A stretch of DNA of 64,000 bases from Candidatus Anderseniibacteriota bacterium. GTDB lineage: Bacteria > Patescibacteriota > Andersenbacteria > UBA10190. Shown here in pieces: positions 1 to 10,218 of this stretch; within the stretch, counting starts at the first letter, position 1; every line of letters starts with the position of its first letter. The notes beneath the pieces are model-generated. The model was not told the DNA's origin. It worked only from the letters and a program-made list of their open reading frames with translations, and ran no database searches. The stretch spans positions 8,483-72,482 of the forward strand of contig JACPWO010000002.1 in NCBI GenBank assembly GCA_016197005.1. The letters run 5' to 3'. The translations under genes and the position numbers were made by a program.

Positions 1-33
1 GTACCCACCCATCTACAATAGTATTGTCTTGAG

Positions 34-876
34 ATGCACATAAAGCAGAAAATCTACCATGATTTGGAGCCACATTTTGTATATGACTATATCTTTTTTG
101 CTGCCTTCTTGCGGTTTATTCAGTCACAAGAAAACAGCCATAGGAAGCACAGTATGGACAAGAAAGCTAAGGCTCTTTGCTTAGTTAATCTATTTGAAAT
201 CTATCAAAAGAGCTTAGAGGATTTGGCGGCTGTTATGCTTGCTCTGTACAGATACTACAATGCTTCTTCGGATTGTGGGTACCAGAAAAGTTTTAAAGCT
301 GAACAAACGCCTCTAACCTATACCCTAATTCACTATATGCCAGGAGAGGCCAGTCTTAATAAATTAGCGAATAAGTTCACTGGCGACTCCCAAATGATCA
401 ATGGGCTGGGAATATCCAATATCGAGAAAAGTCATATCACCCTTTTGTATGGCGATATTGATCTCCAAAAAACATACAATTTCTTTATCGGTGGCATAAA
501 GGATTTAGCAGTTGACCAAGCAAAACGACTTCGAATGTTAAACAAAATTAAGCATGGTGGCGTCGTAGTTGAGAATGGCCGTCTTTTTAATTCTGATATG
601 CCCAAAGCGCCGGCAGCGGTATATGCTCAACCAGAGGCTTTTGAAGCTGACGATCATCCCCTGATCATTCACTCTTTTAAGTACACCGAGGAAGAGTTTG
701 ACCTGATGTCGGCTGGTGTGATGAGAGTAGCAGCAATGATGCGAATTTTACTCAGCGCGTATCTTTGTGTAGAGCACCGTGATTTTTTAGAAGCAAGAAA
801 AGATCTAGCAAGTCCACTCGATATCTTCGAAAAGATTGAGATGAAAAAGTTATTATCTTTATGGGAAGGTTATTAA
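34..876 (+). CDS. Hypothetical protein, possible HEPN-like domain
   Basis: 280 aa helical-looking ORF; RMLNKIKHG resembles an R-x4-6-H HEPN motif; no firm family. Confidence 0.45.
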   Translation: MHIKQKIYHDLEPHFVYDYIFFAAFLRFIQSQENSHRKHSMDKKAKALCLVNLFEIYQKSLEDLAAVMLALYRYYNASSDCGYQKSFKAEQTPLTYTLIHYMPGEASLNKLANKFTGDSQMINGLGISNIEKSHITLLYGDIDLQKTYNFFIGGIKDLAVDQAKRLRMLNKIKHGGVVVENGRLFNSDMPKAPAAVYAQPEAFEADDHPLIIHSFKYTEEEFDLMSAGVMRVAAMMRILLSAYLCVEHRDFLEARKDLASPLDIFEKIEMKKLLSLWEGY

Positions 877-889
877 TTTTTTCCTAGTT

Positions 890-1810
890 ATGTCACCAAG
901 AAATCAAAACGAGTTTACAAAAAGAGTTGTTGATACCCTTGCAAAGCGAGCTGGGCAAAAATGTTCAAACCCTGACTGTAAAAAAACTACGAGTGGTGGG
1001 AATACCGACCCTGCCAAAGCGACCATTATAGGCGAAGCAGCGCATATCCATGGATCCAAAGAAGGATCAGCTCGTTTTGATTCAAACATGACTTCAGAGC
1101 AACGACAGGATATTCGCAATGCCATCTGGCTTTGTGGGAATTGCCACAAGAGGGTTGATAACGATCCCGTTAAATATTCGACTGAACTTTTGTTGGAATG
1201 GAAACAAAGGCATGAGGATACGGTACTAGAAGTTGAGGAAGTACATCGGGGCGTATTCGTGGCAGTAACAGGTAAGAATAACCCTGATCGTATAGTTGAA
1301 ATCGGAGAACAAGTGTTAGGATTGGCTGGTATGCAACAAAAGGTTAAGGGTTTAGTAACCGCTAGCCCATTTATTGGAATTGTAAAAAGCCCTGAGCGAC
1401 CAGGTACGCGCGTTCAAGTCGAGTTTGTTTTTACTAACAATGAAGATAATCCGCAGGCAATAAAAGGAGTCTATCTGAAGCTCAACGAAGGAACTGTTCA
1501 TTTTAAGAAGTTTTTTAAAGTCATAGAAGATGGTTCAAGAGTCCCTGATCTATCAACTCGCTTCCCAATTGTTGTGAACTCGCACGGCTCGGCGCGACTT
1601 TCGGTAGAATTTGAAAATATTGAACAAGAATTAGTGAAAAAGGGTACGGTCAGAGGAGAGGTATTTGTTGTACTTGGCGGAGATAATCTCACCAGCGGTT
1701 CCTTTGTGCTTAATGTTAACGAAGCTATGAATAATACGCTTGACTATTTTCAACAGTTCGCCATCGAAAAAAATGCACCAGTAGTCTTTGACGCTATGGT
1801 CAAGAACTAA
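890..1810 (+). CDS. HNH endonuclease with uncharacterised beta-rich C-terminal domain
   Basis: CSNPDC...GEAAHI...NAIWLCGNCHKRVD zinc-binding HNH motif at the N-terminus. Confidence 0.8.
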   Translation: MSPRNQNEFTKRVVDTLAKRAGQKCSNPDCKKTTSGGNTDPAKATIIGEAAHIHGSKEGSARFDSNMTSEQRQDIRNAIWLCGNCHKRVDNDPVKYSTELLLEWKQRHEDTVLEVEEVHRGVFVAVTGKNNPDRIVEIGEQVLGLAGMQQKVKGLVTASPFIGIVKSPERPGTRVQVEFVFTNNEDNPQAIKGVYLKLNEGTVHFKKFFKVIEDGSRVPDLSTRFPIVVNSHGSARLSVEFENIEQELVKKGTVRGEVFVVLGGDNLTSGSFVLNVNEAMNNTLDYFQQFAIEKNAPVVFDAMVKN

Positions 1811-1822
1811 TGATGCTGAGCT

Positions 1823-2206
1823 ATGAAGCAATCCGAAATTTATATGAAGTGCCGAAGCGTGTTGAATGGGATGTATTCGAGTGAGCTTGATCCTAAACAG
1901 GGCGCTGTTCAGTTAATTGAATTGCTGTCAGAAAATGGTAGGAGGCTGAGGCGAAATGATCATCGCCTCATTCGAATTAACTTTCTTCACAGTGATAAGA
2001 GCGACTATCTAAACAATAGCAGCGTGCCGCTGGCTGTCGGTTTTGTATACATGAAGCCGGACAATACACCGACACAAGATATTTATTTGGTTCATCCAGA
2101 TGGCTTCATTGATTACTGTCGAAACGATAGAGAATTAGCGCAAAAGTACCCAGATTTAGTAGGTATGCATAAAAAGGAGTTGTCTATAGTGGGGGAGCAA
2201 GGGTAG
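1823..2206 (+). CDS. Hypothetical protein
   Basis: 127 aa ORF closely following the HNH gene. Confidence 0.55.
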   Translation: MKQSEIYMKCRSVLNGMYSSELDPKQGAVQLIELLSENGRRLRRNDHRLIRINFLHSDKSDYLNNSSVPLAVGFVYMKPDNTPTQDIYLVHPDGFIDYCRNDRELAQKYPDLVGMHKKELSIVGEQG

Positions 2207-2300
2207 AGTGCCAGTCAGCTTTTGTTGAAGTAGTTCTCTTTGAATTTCTTCGGTAAATAGACTTATTTGTCACAATGGGTATACTCAAAACAAAATAGAT

Positions 2301-2702
2301 ATGAATACTCTTACTCTGTCTCACCGCTACCTTGCTTTATTTATCTTAGCAGGCCTAGTAAGTCTTCTGTCTCTTTGCATTCCAGCCGTCTCAGCAATGG
2401 CGATGGATGGCATGAGTGAGATGAATCCATGTGCCATGAATCAGCAAACGGCGGTATGTCCCATGACGGTGGTGGAGCATCTCAGTTTTTGGCAACAGTT
2501 ACTGACACTCCCGGCGAAAAGCCTATCTCTCGTAACCCTTCTCGCCCTGGTTGTTTTTGTTGTCGTACGCATTGGATTACAGAATCATCTGCATAATCTC
2601 CTCATCCGTTTTTCGGCATTCTCTCACGACCTCAATCCCTTCATTGTCGACCATCTCAAGTTACAGTTCTCGCAAGGTATTCTCCACCCCAAAATTTACT
2701 AA
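2301..2702 (+). CDS. Small membrane protein with Met/Cys/His segment, first gene of copper operon
   Basis: Two hydrophobic segments flanking MAMDGMSEMNPC...CPM...EH; ends GILHPKIY. Confidence 0.65.
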   Translation: MNTLTLSHRYLALFILAGLVSLLSLCIPAVSAMAMDGMSEMNPCAMNQQTAVCPMTVVEHLSFWQQLLTLPAKSLSLVTLLALVVFVVVRIGLQNHLHNLLIRFSAFSHDLNPFIVDHLKLQFSQGILHPKIY

Positions 2703-2780
2703 GCGGCTCTCTGGATTAATCTTGTTTGCCAGCCATGGCAAGCAAGGTGTTTATGTTTGTATTCCTATCCTTAAATCCTT

Positions 2781-4550
2781 ATGAGTCACCACAATAAAAG
2801 AAAATTAAAGTTCCAAATCCACGGCATGCACTGTGTCGCGTGTGAGGTACTCATTGAACGGCAATTCAAGAAAGTACCAGGAGTAGAGGACGTGAGCGTC
2901 AGCCATGTTACCGGCAAAGCTCAGCTCACCTCCTCAAGCCAGCCTGACCTTACTGCTCTGCAAGCGGCAGTTCAAGACCATGGGTACACTGTAAGTTCCT
3001 GGGCTGACCGCCACCGTGTCGCCCAGCAGCTGCGCCATAAAAATACCAAACGAGACTATTTGGAACTGGGCGCGGTGCTGCTCATCCTGATGGCGGCCTA
3101 CCTCATCCTCAAACAATTTGATCTCGTACCTAAGCTGGGCATTACCGACAATATGAGCTATGGCTTCATCTTTGCCATTGGCCTGGTGGCGGCTATGTCT
3201 ACCTGTCTGGCTGTTACCGGCGGCCTCCTGGTAGCTTTGGCGGCCAAGTACAACGAGATGCACCCCCATCTGACCGGAGTACAGAAGTTAAAGCCACACT
3301 TGTACTTCAACGCTGGCAGAATCGTTGGCTACACGGCCTTTGGTGCAGCTATCGGTGCGCTGGGCTCGGCACTTACCGTCTCTCCTCGGGTAAATGGCCT
3401 CATCACGATTATGGCCAGCGTGGTGATGATCATTCTTGGTTTCCAACTCTTGCACCTCTTCCCAGGGCTCAAGCGGTTCCAACCCAAGATGCCGAAGTTC
3501 CTGGCCCACAAAATCCATGACGCGACGAGTAACGCTCATCACCCGACCGCGCCGTTCTTCTTAGGCGCGGCCACGTTCTTCCTGCCCTGCGGCTTTACGC
3601 AAGCCCTCCAGTTGTATGTATTAAGTCAGGGAGATTGGAAAGTGGGTGCACTCACCATGCTTGTCTTCTCATTGGGCACGCTGCCTGGACTCATGTCACT
3701 CAGTGCGTTGTCGAGCTTTGTCAAAGGCGCCTTCCAACGATACTTTCTTAAGTTTGCGGGAGCGGTGGTTATCATGCTCGGTCTCTTCAGTATCAACAAT
3801 GGCTTTACGCTCACCGGCATTAACATCAGCTGGGCTGCCTTCTCTCGGAGCAATACTACTGCGACTACTCAAACGGCCAATGACCCCAATGTGAAGCTCG
3901 TTAACGGCAAGCAGGTCGTGGCGATGAAAGTAGCGGGCTTAAGCTACACACCCAATAAGTTTACGGTGCAACAGGGCCTTCCGGTGGAGTGGCAGATTGA
4001 CGGTACGCAAGCGCAAGGCTGTGCGCAGGTCATTACCGTGCCGAGTCTCGGCATTACGAAGTACTTAGCAACGACTGGCATTACCACTATCAGCTTTACG
4101 CCGCAGCAGACCGGCACCATCCCGTTTAGCTGCACGATGGGTATGACCACACGGGGGTCAGCCTTTACGGTGGTGGCGAATGCAGCGGGTGCTGTAGGGT
4201 CAGCAGGACAACAGCAACCAACTCAACCACAGCCAATCGAGACTACCTCAGGTTGTAATCCAGAAATCTCCAACTGTGTCCTCGCTCAAAAAGTCTCACT
4301 CGAAGTCTCAAGTGAGCGCGGTGTGTACCCCCGGTCACTTGCGGTTAAAAAAGGTATACCCGTTGACCTCACCATAGATTCCAAAGTGCCGCTTGGCGGC
4401 TGTATGTCTGTCTGGGTCATACCCAAGTACAACGTCACCCTGCCCATGAAGGTGGGGATTAATAAGGCTACCTTTACGCCTACTGAGGCAGGGACGATTG
4501 CCATGACCTGCAGTATGGGCGGAAAGATGGCGGAGTTTACTGTTAGTTAA
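2781..4550 (+). CDS. HMA + DsbD_2/TauE-like membrane domain + two cupredoxin-like domains
   Basis: GMHCVAC; STCLAVTGG and LPCGFTQ membrane motifs; FSCTMGM and MTCSMG copper motifs. Confidence 0.9.
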   Translation: MSHHNKRKLKFQIHGMHCVACEVLIERQFKKVPGVEDVSVSHVTGKAQLTSSSQPDLTALQAAVQDHGYTVSSWADRHRVAQQLRHKNTKRDYLELGAVLLILMAAYLILKQFDLVPKLGITDNMSYGFIFAIGLVAAMSTCLAVTGGLLVALAAKYNEMHPHLTGVQKLKPHLYFNAGRIVGYTAFGAAIGALGSALTVSPRVNGLITIMASVVMIILGFQLLHLFPGLKRFQPKMPKFLAHKIHDATSNAHHPTAPFFLGAATFFLPCGFTQALQLYVLSQGDWKVGALTMLVFSLGTLPGLMSLSALSSFVKGAFQRYFLKFAGAVVIMLGLFSINNGFTLTGINISWAAFSRSNTTATTQTANDPNVKLVNGKQVVAMKVAGLSYTPNKFTVQQGLPVEWQIDGTQAQGCAQVITVPSLGITKYLATTGITTISFTPQQTGTIPFSCTMGMTTRGSAFTVVANAAGAVGSAGQQQPTQPQPIETTSGCNPEISNCVLAQKVSLEVSSERGVYPRSLAVKKGIPVDLTIDSKVPLGGCMSVWVIPKYNVTLPMKVGINKATFTPTEAGTIAMTCSMGGKMAEFTVS

Positions 4551-4559
4551 CCACACTCT

Positions 4560-4799
4560 ATGAAAACACTCGATATGTTAAAAATGTGTCTCAACTGGAA
4601 AGTGCTTGCTAGCATCATTGCGGTGATTGTCATCACGTATATCTTCTTCCCCAAAATTGCCGCGGCCGCTCCGTTCCTGCTGGTGTTAGTCTGTCCGCTC
4701 TCAATGGTGCTCATGATGCGCGGAATGCAGCATGGTGATAAGCACGACATGCCCAGCAAAGACACGACAAAAAACCTTACTCATAACCATGACGTATGA
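4560..4799 (+). CDS. DUF2933 family membrane protein
   Basis: LLVLVCPLSMVLMMRGM motif; copper operon context. Confidence 0.8.
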   Translation: MKTLDMLKMCLNWKVLASIIAVIVITYIFFPKIAAAAPFLLVLVCPLSMVLMMRGMQHGDKHDMPSKDTTKNLTHNHDV

Positions 4800-5020
4800 A
4801 AACCACTCTCACGATCAAAGGCACGCATTGTGCCTCGTGTAAAGCACTGATTGAAGACGTAGCCAAGGAAAATTCCTGCGTGACTGATATTGCGGTCGAT
4901 TTCAACACCGGGAAAACACTCATTGAGCATAAAGACTGCCTTGATTGGCAGGCCCTCAAACAAGAAGTCGAAAGCCTGGGCAAATATCACGTTGAGCTAG
5001 CTGGAAAGGAGACAGTATGA
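4796..5020 (+). CDS. Heavy-metal-associated (CopZ-like) chaperone
   Basis: 74 aa, GTHCASC motif. Confidence 0.85.
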   Translation: MKTTLTIKGTHCASCKALIEDVAKENSCVTDIAVDFNTGKTLIEHKDCLDWQALKQEVESLGKYHVELAGKETV

Positions 5021-5919
5021 CGAAACAATCCAAGAACTATCTTATCTGGGGGATTATCATCGTGGCTCTTATCGCCGGTTTTGTCTGGTTCAAGCAAAAA
5101 GGAAGTTCTACTTCAGCCACCATTCTCAATCCTGTCAGTGCCATCACCCATGGTCATGGCTTAGCTGTGGATGTAAGTGATTCCACTAGGCTTCACATCG
5201 CCACCCATCATGGCCTGCTTGTCTTAGTGAATGACAAAGACTTGTACCGCGTCGGCACCAGCCAAGACGACTACATGGGCTTCTCACCTCACCCCACTGA
5301 TCCCAAGATAGTATTCAGCAGCGGCCATCCCCGCACCGGCGGCAATATCGGGGTGCAGCGGTCAGATGATAGCGGATTTACGTGGAAGAGCATATCCAGA
5401 GGCGCAAATGGGCCAGTAGACTTTCATGCTATGGCAATTAGTGCGGCCAATCCCAACCTGATGTATGGCTGGTACCAAGGAGCGCTGCAGCGTAGCCAAG
5501 ATGGCGGCACTACCTGGGAGATTGCGACACGCAATATACCGCAGATCATTCAATTGGTCGCTAATCCGATAGACGAAAATGTAGTTTACGCAGCGACTCC
5601 CCAAGGACTACTGGTCAGTCGCAACAAAGGAGCGGAGTGGAGCAATGCGTCTGACGACCTACAAGGCGGCGCCGTGGTGGCGCTTGCCATCGATCCGCAA
5701 GACCCAGCTAAGATGTTCTCGTTTTCCCAGCAGTCTGGATTAGCGAAGAGTGCTGACGGTGGGACGACCTGGGAGAAAATCAACGAGACGTTCGGCGGAG
5801 AGACTGTGCTCTTTATTGCCATAAGTAAACAGCAACCAGATACCGTGTACACCCTCACCGAGAGCAACACCATCTACAAGAGCACTGATGGAGGGAATGG
5901 GTGGAATAAGATTCGTTAA
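5017..5919 (+). CDS. Membrane-anchored BNR/YCF48-like beta-propeller (F510_1955-like)
   Basis: HGHGL, ATHHGL, DYMGF, SGHP, DFH motifs; repeated SxDxGxTW Asp-boxes. Confidence 0.85.
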   Translation: MTKQSKNYLIWGIIIVALIAGFVWFKQKGSSTSATILNPVSAITHGHGLAVDVSDSTRLHIATHHGLLVLVNDKDLYRVGTSQDDYMGFSPHPTDPKIVFSSGHPRTGGNIGVQRSDDSGFTWKSISRGANGPVDFHAMAISAANPNLMYGWYQGALQRSQDGGTTWEIATRNIPQIIQLVANPIDENVVYAATPQGLLVSRNKGAEWSNASDDLQGGAVVALAIDPQDPAKMFSFSQQSGLAKSADGGTTWEKINETFGGETVLFIAISKQQPDTVYTLTESNTIYKSTDGGNGWNKIR

Positions 5920-5923
5920 GACT

Positions 5924-8101
5924 ATGACTACCACAACATTTACCATCGTTGGCATGCACTGCGCCTCGTGCGTAGCGCGCAACGAGCGCAGTCTCAAAAA
6001 AGTGAAGGGCGTCAAAGATGCGACGGTGAACTTCGCCAGCCACAGCGCTACCGTTGAGTACGATGAATCACTAGTTACTGATAAGACCTTATTCGAAGCC
6101 ATCATCAAGAATGGCTATAAAGTGCTCAGCGAAGAATCAGTGAAGAATCACAAGGAAGCACTCAAGCACGAATTAGCGATTGCCAAACAACGAGCATATG
6201 TGGCGTTAGCACTCTCTTTGCCCATCGCGCTACTCGCCATGTTTGGTGTTGATCTGCCGTGGGAAGTTGCTGGCTACAATGCCAGCAACTGGTTGCAAGC
6301 GGTGGTGAGCACAATTGTCATTCTCGTCCTCGGCTGGGAATTTCATGTAGGTATGTGGAAGCAAGCAAAGTTGAAGACAGCCAACATGGATACTTTAATC
6401 TCACTTGGTACCCTGGCAGCACTTGGCTACAGCCTGTGGGCAATGGCGGTTGGTGAAGAGCATCTCTACTTCGAAACCGGTGCCGTGATTGCTGCCCTTA
6501 TCCTCCTCGGCCGTTACTTTGAAGCGAGGAGTCGTGGGCAGGCCAGTGAAGCAGTTGAAAAACTCTTGCAGCTAGGAGCCAAGACAGCTCGTTTGCTCAA
6601 AGATGGGCAAGAGCAGGAAGTACCTATTGAGCAGGTAAAAGTTAATGACATTCTATTAGTAAAGCCAGGCGAGAAAATCCCGGTGGATGGAAAAGTAAGC
6701 AACGGCTCATCAAGCGTTGATGAATCCATGCTCACCGGTGAAAGTATGCCTGTCGGGAAAAAAGAAGGTGACGACGTGTTCGGGGCAACCATCAACCTCA
6801 ACGGTGCAATCCAAGTACAAGCCACGAAGGTTGGTCAAGATACGGTGCTGGCCCAGATTGTGAAGATGGTGGCGGAAGCGCAGGTCAAAAAAGCGCCTAT
6901 TCAAAAACTGGCCGACAAAATTTCTGGTGTGTTTGTCCCGATTGTTTTAGGGATTGCTCTGGTTACGGCAGTGGGGTGGTATCTCAAGACGGGTGACCTC
7001 GCTCAGAGCCTTATTCCCGCCGTAGCGGTCTTAGTCATTGCCTGCCCCTGTTCCTTAGGCCTCGCCACACCTACGGCGATTATGGTCGGTACTGGTTTAG
7101 GCGCCAAACGAGGCATCCTTATCAAGAATGGTGAAGCCTTAGAGAAAGGCAAAAAGATTGATGTGGTCGTGTTTGATAAAACCGGGACATTAACTGAAGG
7201 CAAACCGCGAGTCACCGATACTGTGCCGCTGGGTAAAGATATTTCAACCGAGCAACTCTTAACACTGAGTGCTAGTTTGGAGAAACTGTCTGAGCACCCA
7301 CTGGCGCAAGCCGTGGTGAACGCAGCCAAAGAGAAAAAACTTTCACTGCAGCCGGTGCACGGATTTGAAAGTGTGGCCGGGAAAGGCGTCAGGGGGCAGA
7401 TTGAGGGGAGCACCATTCTCATTGGCAGTCTGCGTTTGATGCGAGAATCAGGCATTGCCACTGAAGCACACCAGCAGCAGCTGCAAGAACTGGAAGAGCA
7501 AGCCAAGACCGTTGTTGCTGTCGCACACAATAATGTGGTCGTTGGCCTACTTGCGATTGCCGATGCTCTCAAAGCCGATGCAAAACAAGCCGTTGAGCAG
7601 CTGCGGCAATCGGGCATTGAGACCGTCATGATTACGGGCGATAACAGCCGCACGGCTGAGGCCATTGCTCGTCAGGTAGGTATTGAGAAGGTTTCTGCCG
7701 AGGTGCTGCCAGGTGATAAAGCAGACAAGGTTAAGGAACTACAACACGCAGGCAATAAAGTTGCCTTTGTCGGTGATGGTATTAACGATGCCCCGGCATT
7801 GGTTCAAGCTGACCTTGGCATTGCCATTGGTACGGGCACAGATATTGCTATTGAGGCCGGTAATATTGTGTTAGTTAAAGGCAGTCCATTAAAAGTAGTG
7901 GAAGCACTGAAGCTATCTCGCCTGACCTTCAAAACCATTATGCAAAACATGTTTTGGGCATTTGGCTACAACGTGGCCGCCATTCCGCTGGCTGCACTTG
8001 GTTTGCTGAATCCGATGATTGCAGCCGGAGCGATGGCCTTCTCAAGTGTTAGTGTGGTTGGTAATAGCTTACGTATTAAGCGCCAAGCCGGAAAAGTATG
8101 A
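5924..8101 (+). CDS. copA: Copper-translocating P1B-type ATPase
   Basis: [33 protein letters not shown] and MAFSS motifs; ATG at 5924 preferred over 5888. Confidence 0.95.
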   Translation: MTTTTFTIVGMHCASCVARNERSLKKVKGVKDATVNFASHSATVEYDESLVTDKTLFEAIIKNGYKVLSEESVKNHKEALKHELAIAKQRAYVALALSLPIALLAMFGVDLPWEVAGYNASNWLQAVVSTIVILVLGWEFHVGMWKQAKLKTANMDTLISLGTLAALGYSLWAMAVGEEHLYFETGAVIAALILLGRYFEARSRGQASEAVEKLLQLGAKTARLLKDGQEQEVPIEQVKVNDILLVKPGEKIPVDGKVSNGSSSVDESMLTGESMPVGKKEGDDVFGATINLNGAIQVQATKVGQDTVLAQIVKMVAEAQVKKAPIQKLADKISGVFVPIVLGIALVTAVGWYLKTGDLAQSLIPAVAVLVIACPCSLGLATPTAIMVGTGLGAKRGILIKNGEALEKGKKIDVVVFDKTGTLTEGKPRVTDTVPLGKDISTEQLLTLSASLEKLSEHPLAQAVVNAAKEKKLSLQPVHGFESVAGKGVRGQIEGSTILIGSLRLMRESGIATEAHQQQLQELEEQAKTVVAVAHNNVVVGLLAIADALKADAKQAVEQLRQSGIETVMITGDNSRTAEAIARQVGIEKVSAEVLPGDKADKVKELQHAGNKVAFVGDGINDAPALVQADLGIAIGTGTDIAIEAGNIVLVKGSPLKVVEALKLSRLTFKTIMQNMFWAFGYNVAAIPLAALGLLNPMIAAGAMAFSSVSVVGNSLRIKRQAGKV

Positions 8102-8134
8102 CCAGCCTTTATTTTTTATCCTCTCCCAACATCT

Positions 8135-8878
8135 ATGGATCAAAATCCGAGCAATAAGTCTTCAGTATTCGGTGTGCCCGCAGCGATTGTCATCGCCGGT
8201 GGCCTCATTGCCGCCGCTCTGTATTTTGGCAATAGCAAAGCCTCCGTTCAGCAAGTAGCCTCCGGACAACAAGCAGCAAACCCTCAAGCAGCCCAACCAG
8301 CCGCGCAACCGCCAGAACCCACCATCGGCGCTATTCGCCCTATCACTGACCAAGACCACATTCGCGGGGCGAAGAACGCTAGGGTAACTATTCTCGAATA
8401 TTCTGATCTTGAGTGTCCCTTCTGTAAAAAATATCATCCTACGGTACAACAAGCCTTAAGCGAATATCCTAACGATGTGCGTTGGGTATATCGGCACTCA
8501 CCGTTAAGTCAGCTCCATAGCCAAGCTGCTAAGGAAGCTGAAGCGACCGAATGTGCCGGTGAGCAAGGCAAGTTCTGGGAAATGACAGATAAAATCTTTG
8601 AGGTTACGCCTTCAAACAACGGCCTTAACCTGGCTGACTTACCCAAACTAGCGCAACAAGTGGGCGTAGCTAATATCCCGCAATTTCAATCCTGCTTAGA
8701 TAGTGGTAAGTACACGAAGTATGTGGCTGACGACACAGCCGATGCTCAAGTCGCTGGACTGCAAGGTACACCCTATAGCGTCATTATTGCTGCCAATGGT
8801 CAGAAGTTCCCGCTCTCTGGCGCACAACCCTACAGCGCTTTGAAGCAATTGATAGATCAGGCGTTGAAGAGTAAATAA
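8135..8878 (+). CDS. DsbA/BdbD family thioredoxin-fold protein
   Basis: N-terminal anchor, EYSDLECPFC, GTP. Confidence 0.9.
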   Translation: MDQNPSNKSSVFGVPAAIVIAGGLIAAALYFGNSKASVQQVASGQQAANPQAAQPAAQPPEPTIGAIRPITDQDHIRGAKNARVTILEYSDLECPFCKKYHPTVQQALSEYPNDVRWVYRHSPLSQLHSQAAKEAEATECAGEQGKFWEMTDKIFEVTPSNNGLNLADLPKLAQQVGVANIPQFQSCLDSGKYTKYVADDTADAQVAGLQGTPYSVIIAANGQKFPLSGAQPYSALKQLIDQALKSK

Positions 8879-8883
8879 GCACT

Positions 8884-9054
8884 ATGGTTCAACCTCAGCC
8901 TCAAGGTGGTAAGGAGCAAATCTATCAGTGCAAGGAGTGCGGTTTCAAGTACCAGGAAAAAGCGTGGGCAGAAAAGTGCCAGGCGTGGTGTTCGGAGCAT
9001 AAGAGTTGCAATTTAGAGATTATTCAGCATGCGGTACAGGCAGAGGAGGTATGA
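8884..9054 (+). CDS. Small Cys/His metal-binding protein (56 aa, absent from ORF track)
   Basis: MVQPQPQGGKEQIYQCKECGFKYQEKAWAEKCQAWCSEHKSCNLEIIQHAVQAEEV; ATG 5 nt after the dsbA-like stop. Confidence 0.8.
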   Translation: MVQPQPQGGKEQIYQCKECGFKYQEKAWAEKCQAWCSEHKSCNLEIIQHAVQAEEV

Positions 9055-9071
9055 CCGTTGGAATAACCCTT

Positions 9072-9302
9072 ATGAAAATTATTGTTCAGATGCGCCCAGG
9101 CTCAAGCCAGGCGAAGGTAGAAAAAATTGACGAGGGGCAGTATCGCGTGTGGGTTCACTCTATTCCTGAGAAAGGAAAGGCTAATGCGGAAATGCTCAAA
9201 TTGTTGGCTGATTATTTTCAGGTAGCAAAATCTTCGGTACGCATTGTGATAGGCAAAACAGCCCGTGAGAAGTTAGTTGAGATTATTGGAGGGAGTGAGT
9301 AA
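9072..9302 (+). CDS. DUF167 (YggU-like) protein
   Basis: PEKGKAN...LADYFQVAKSSVRIVIGKTAREK. Confidence 0.9.
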   Translation: MKIIVQMRPGSSQAKVEKIDEGQYRVWVHSIPEKGKANAEMLKLLADYFQVAKSSVRIVIGKTAREKLVEIIGGSE

Positions 9303-9309
9303 TATCAGC

Positions 9310-9467
9310 TTGGAGTAGTGAGAGTTGGTATTCTTTAGTCAAAAGCTTTAGACAGTGTTGTGTACTAAGTCCGCCATCCGCCTTTGTGTGGTGGATTTGC
9401 CCAGTAGGGTGAAAGGTGCGGTGAAAAGCAACAGTGGCTTACGGGTGTACCAAGAGTGCTACTCCAA
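9310..9467 (+). ncRNA. Rod-shaped structured RNA, 6S-like candidate
   Basis: Ends pair (TTGGAGTAG/CTACTCCAA); nested helices TTGGTA/TACCAA, AGTCA/TGGCT, GCTTT/AAAGC; large internal bubble; apical AAGTCCGCCAT/GTGGTGGATTT; G-U pairs imply + strand. Confidence 0.55.
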
Positions 9468-9495
9468 ACAAAAACTCCCATTGGGGAGTTTTTGT
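9468..9495 (+). terminator. Intrinsic terminator
   Basis: ACAAAAACTCCC-ATTG-GGGAGTTTTTGT. Confidence 0.75.
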
Positions 9496-9533
9496 ATGTA
9501 GCAAGCGCGTGTTTGGGTATGTATACTTTAACT

Positions 9534-10205
9534 ATGACAACGCGGTCTGTTTCAATAGTGCGGCACACTATCATTAGCATTTCAGTTATGCTGCTGCCTT
9601 TGGCTGTTTCAGCTCAGGGCATGATGGGTAGTACGTTGCCGGTGACAGATGATCACACTGCCCGCGAAGAAGCTGAAGGCAAGGAAGTGTGGCAAAAACT
9701 CCAAGATAAGCAACTGACCTGTACTGATCTTTCTGATGACCAATTTGCCACTATCGGCGAATACTTTATGGGGCAAATGCTCGGTGGCTCTCATGCTGCT
9801 ATGAATGCCATGATGACCCGCATGATGGGTGAACAAGGCGAAGAACAAATGCACATTGTGATGGGGAAGCGTTTAAGCGGCTGTGACCCGTCGGCTGTCT
9901 ACCCGAATAGCGGCACCGGCTTCATGCCGATGATGAACATGATGATGGGAGGTGGCTTCAATATGATGAACTGGTGGGGTTATGGGCCTGGTATGCACTA
10001 CGGCTTCTGGGGAGGCAGCCCATTCATGTTTCTCTGGTGGATACTGATAGTTGTTCTGGTGGTGTTAGTCATCAAGGGGTTACGGCATCGTGGTATGACG
10101 ATGCACCAAGGGCGCACAACAGCCTTAGACATTCTCAATGAACGTTATGCCAAAGGCGAGATCAGCAAACAGGAATTTGAGGAAAAGAAAAAGGATATTT
10201 CGTGA
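9534..10205 (+). CDS. Met-rich membrane protein with C-terminal SHOCT domain
   Basis: Signal/TM segment, Met/His-rich core, ALDILNERYAKGEISKQEFEEKK. Confidence 0.85.
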   Translation: MTTRSVSIVRHTIISISVMLLPLAVSAQGMMGSTLPVTDDHTAREEAEGKEVWQKLQDKQLTCTDLSDDQFATIGEYFMGQMLGGSHAAMNAMMTRMMGEQGEEQMHIVMGKRLSGCDPSAVYPNSGTGFMPMMNMMMGGGFNMMNWWGYGPGMHYGFWGGSPFMFLWWILIVVLVVLVIKGLRHRGMTMHQGRTTALDILNERYAKGEISKQEFEEKKKDIS

Positions 10206-10218
10206 GGAGGTGATAGCT

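Noticed and set aside
7003-7665. 220 aa antisense ORF and similar nested ORFs in the track
   Set aside because: Antisense or alternate-frame shadows of well-supported genes with no motifs.
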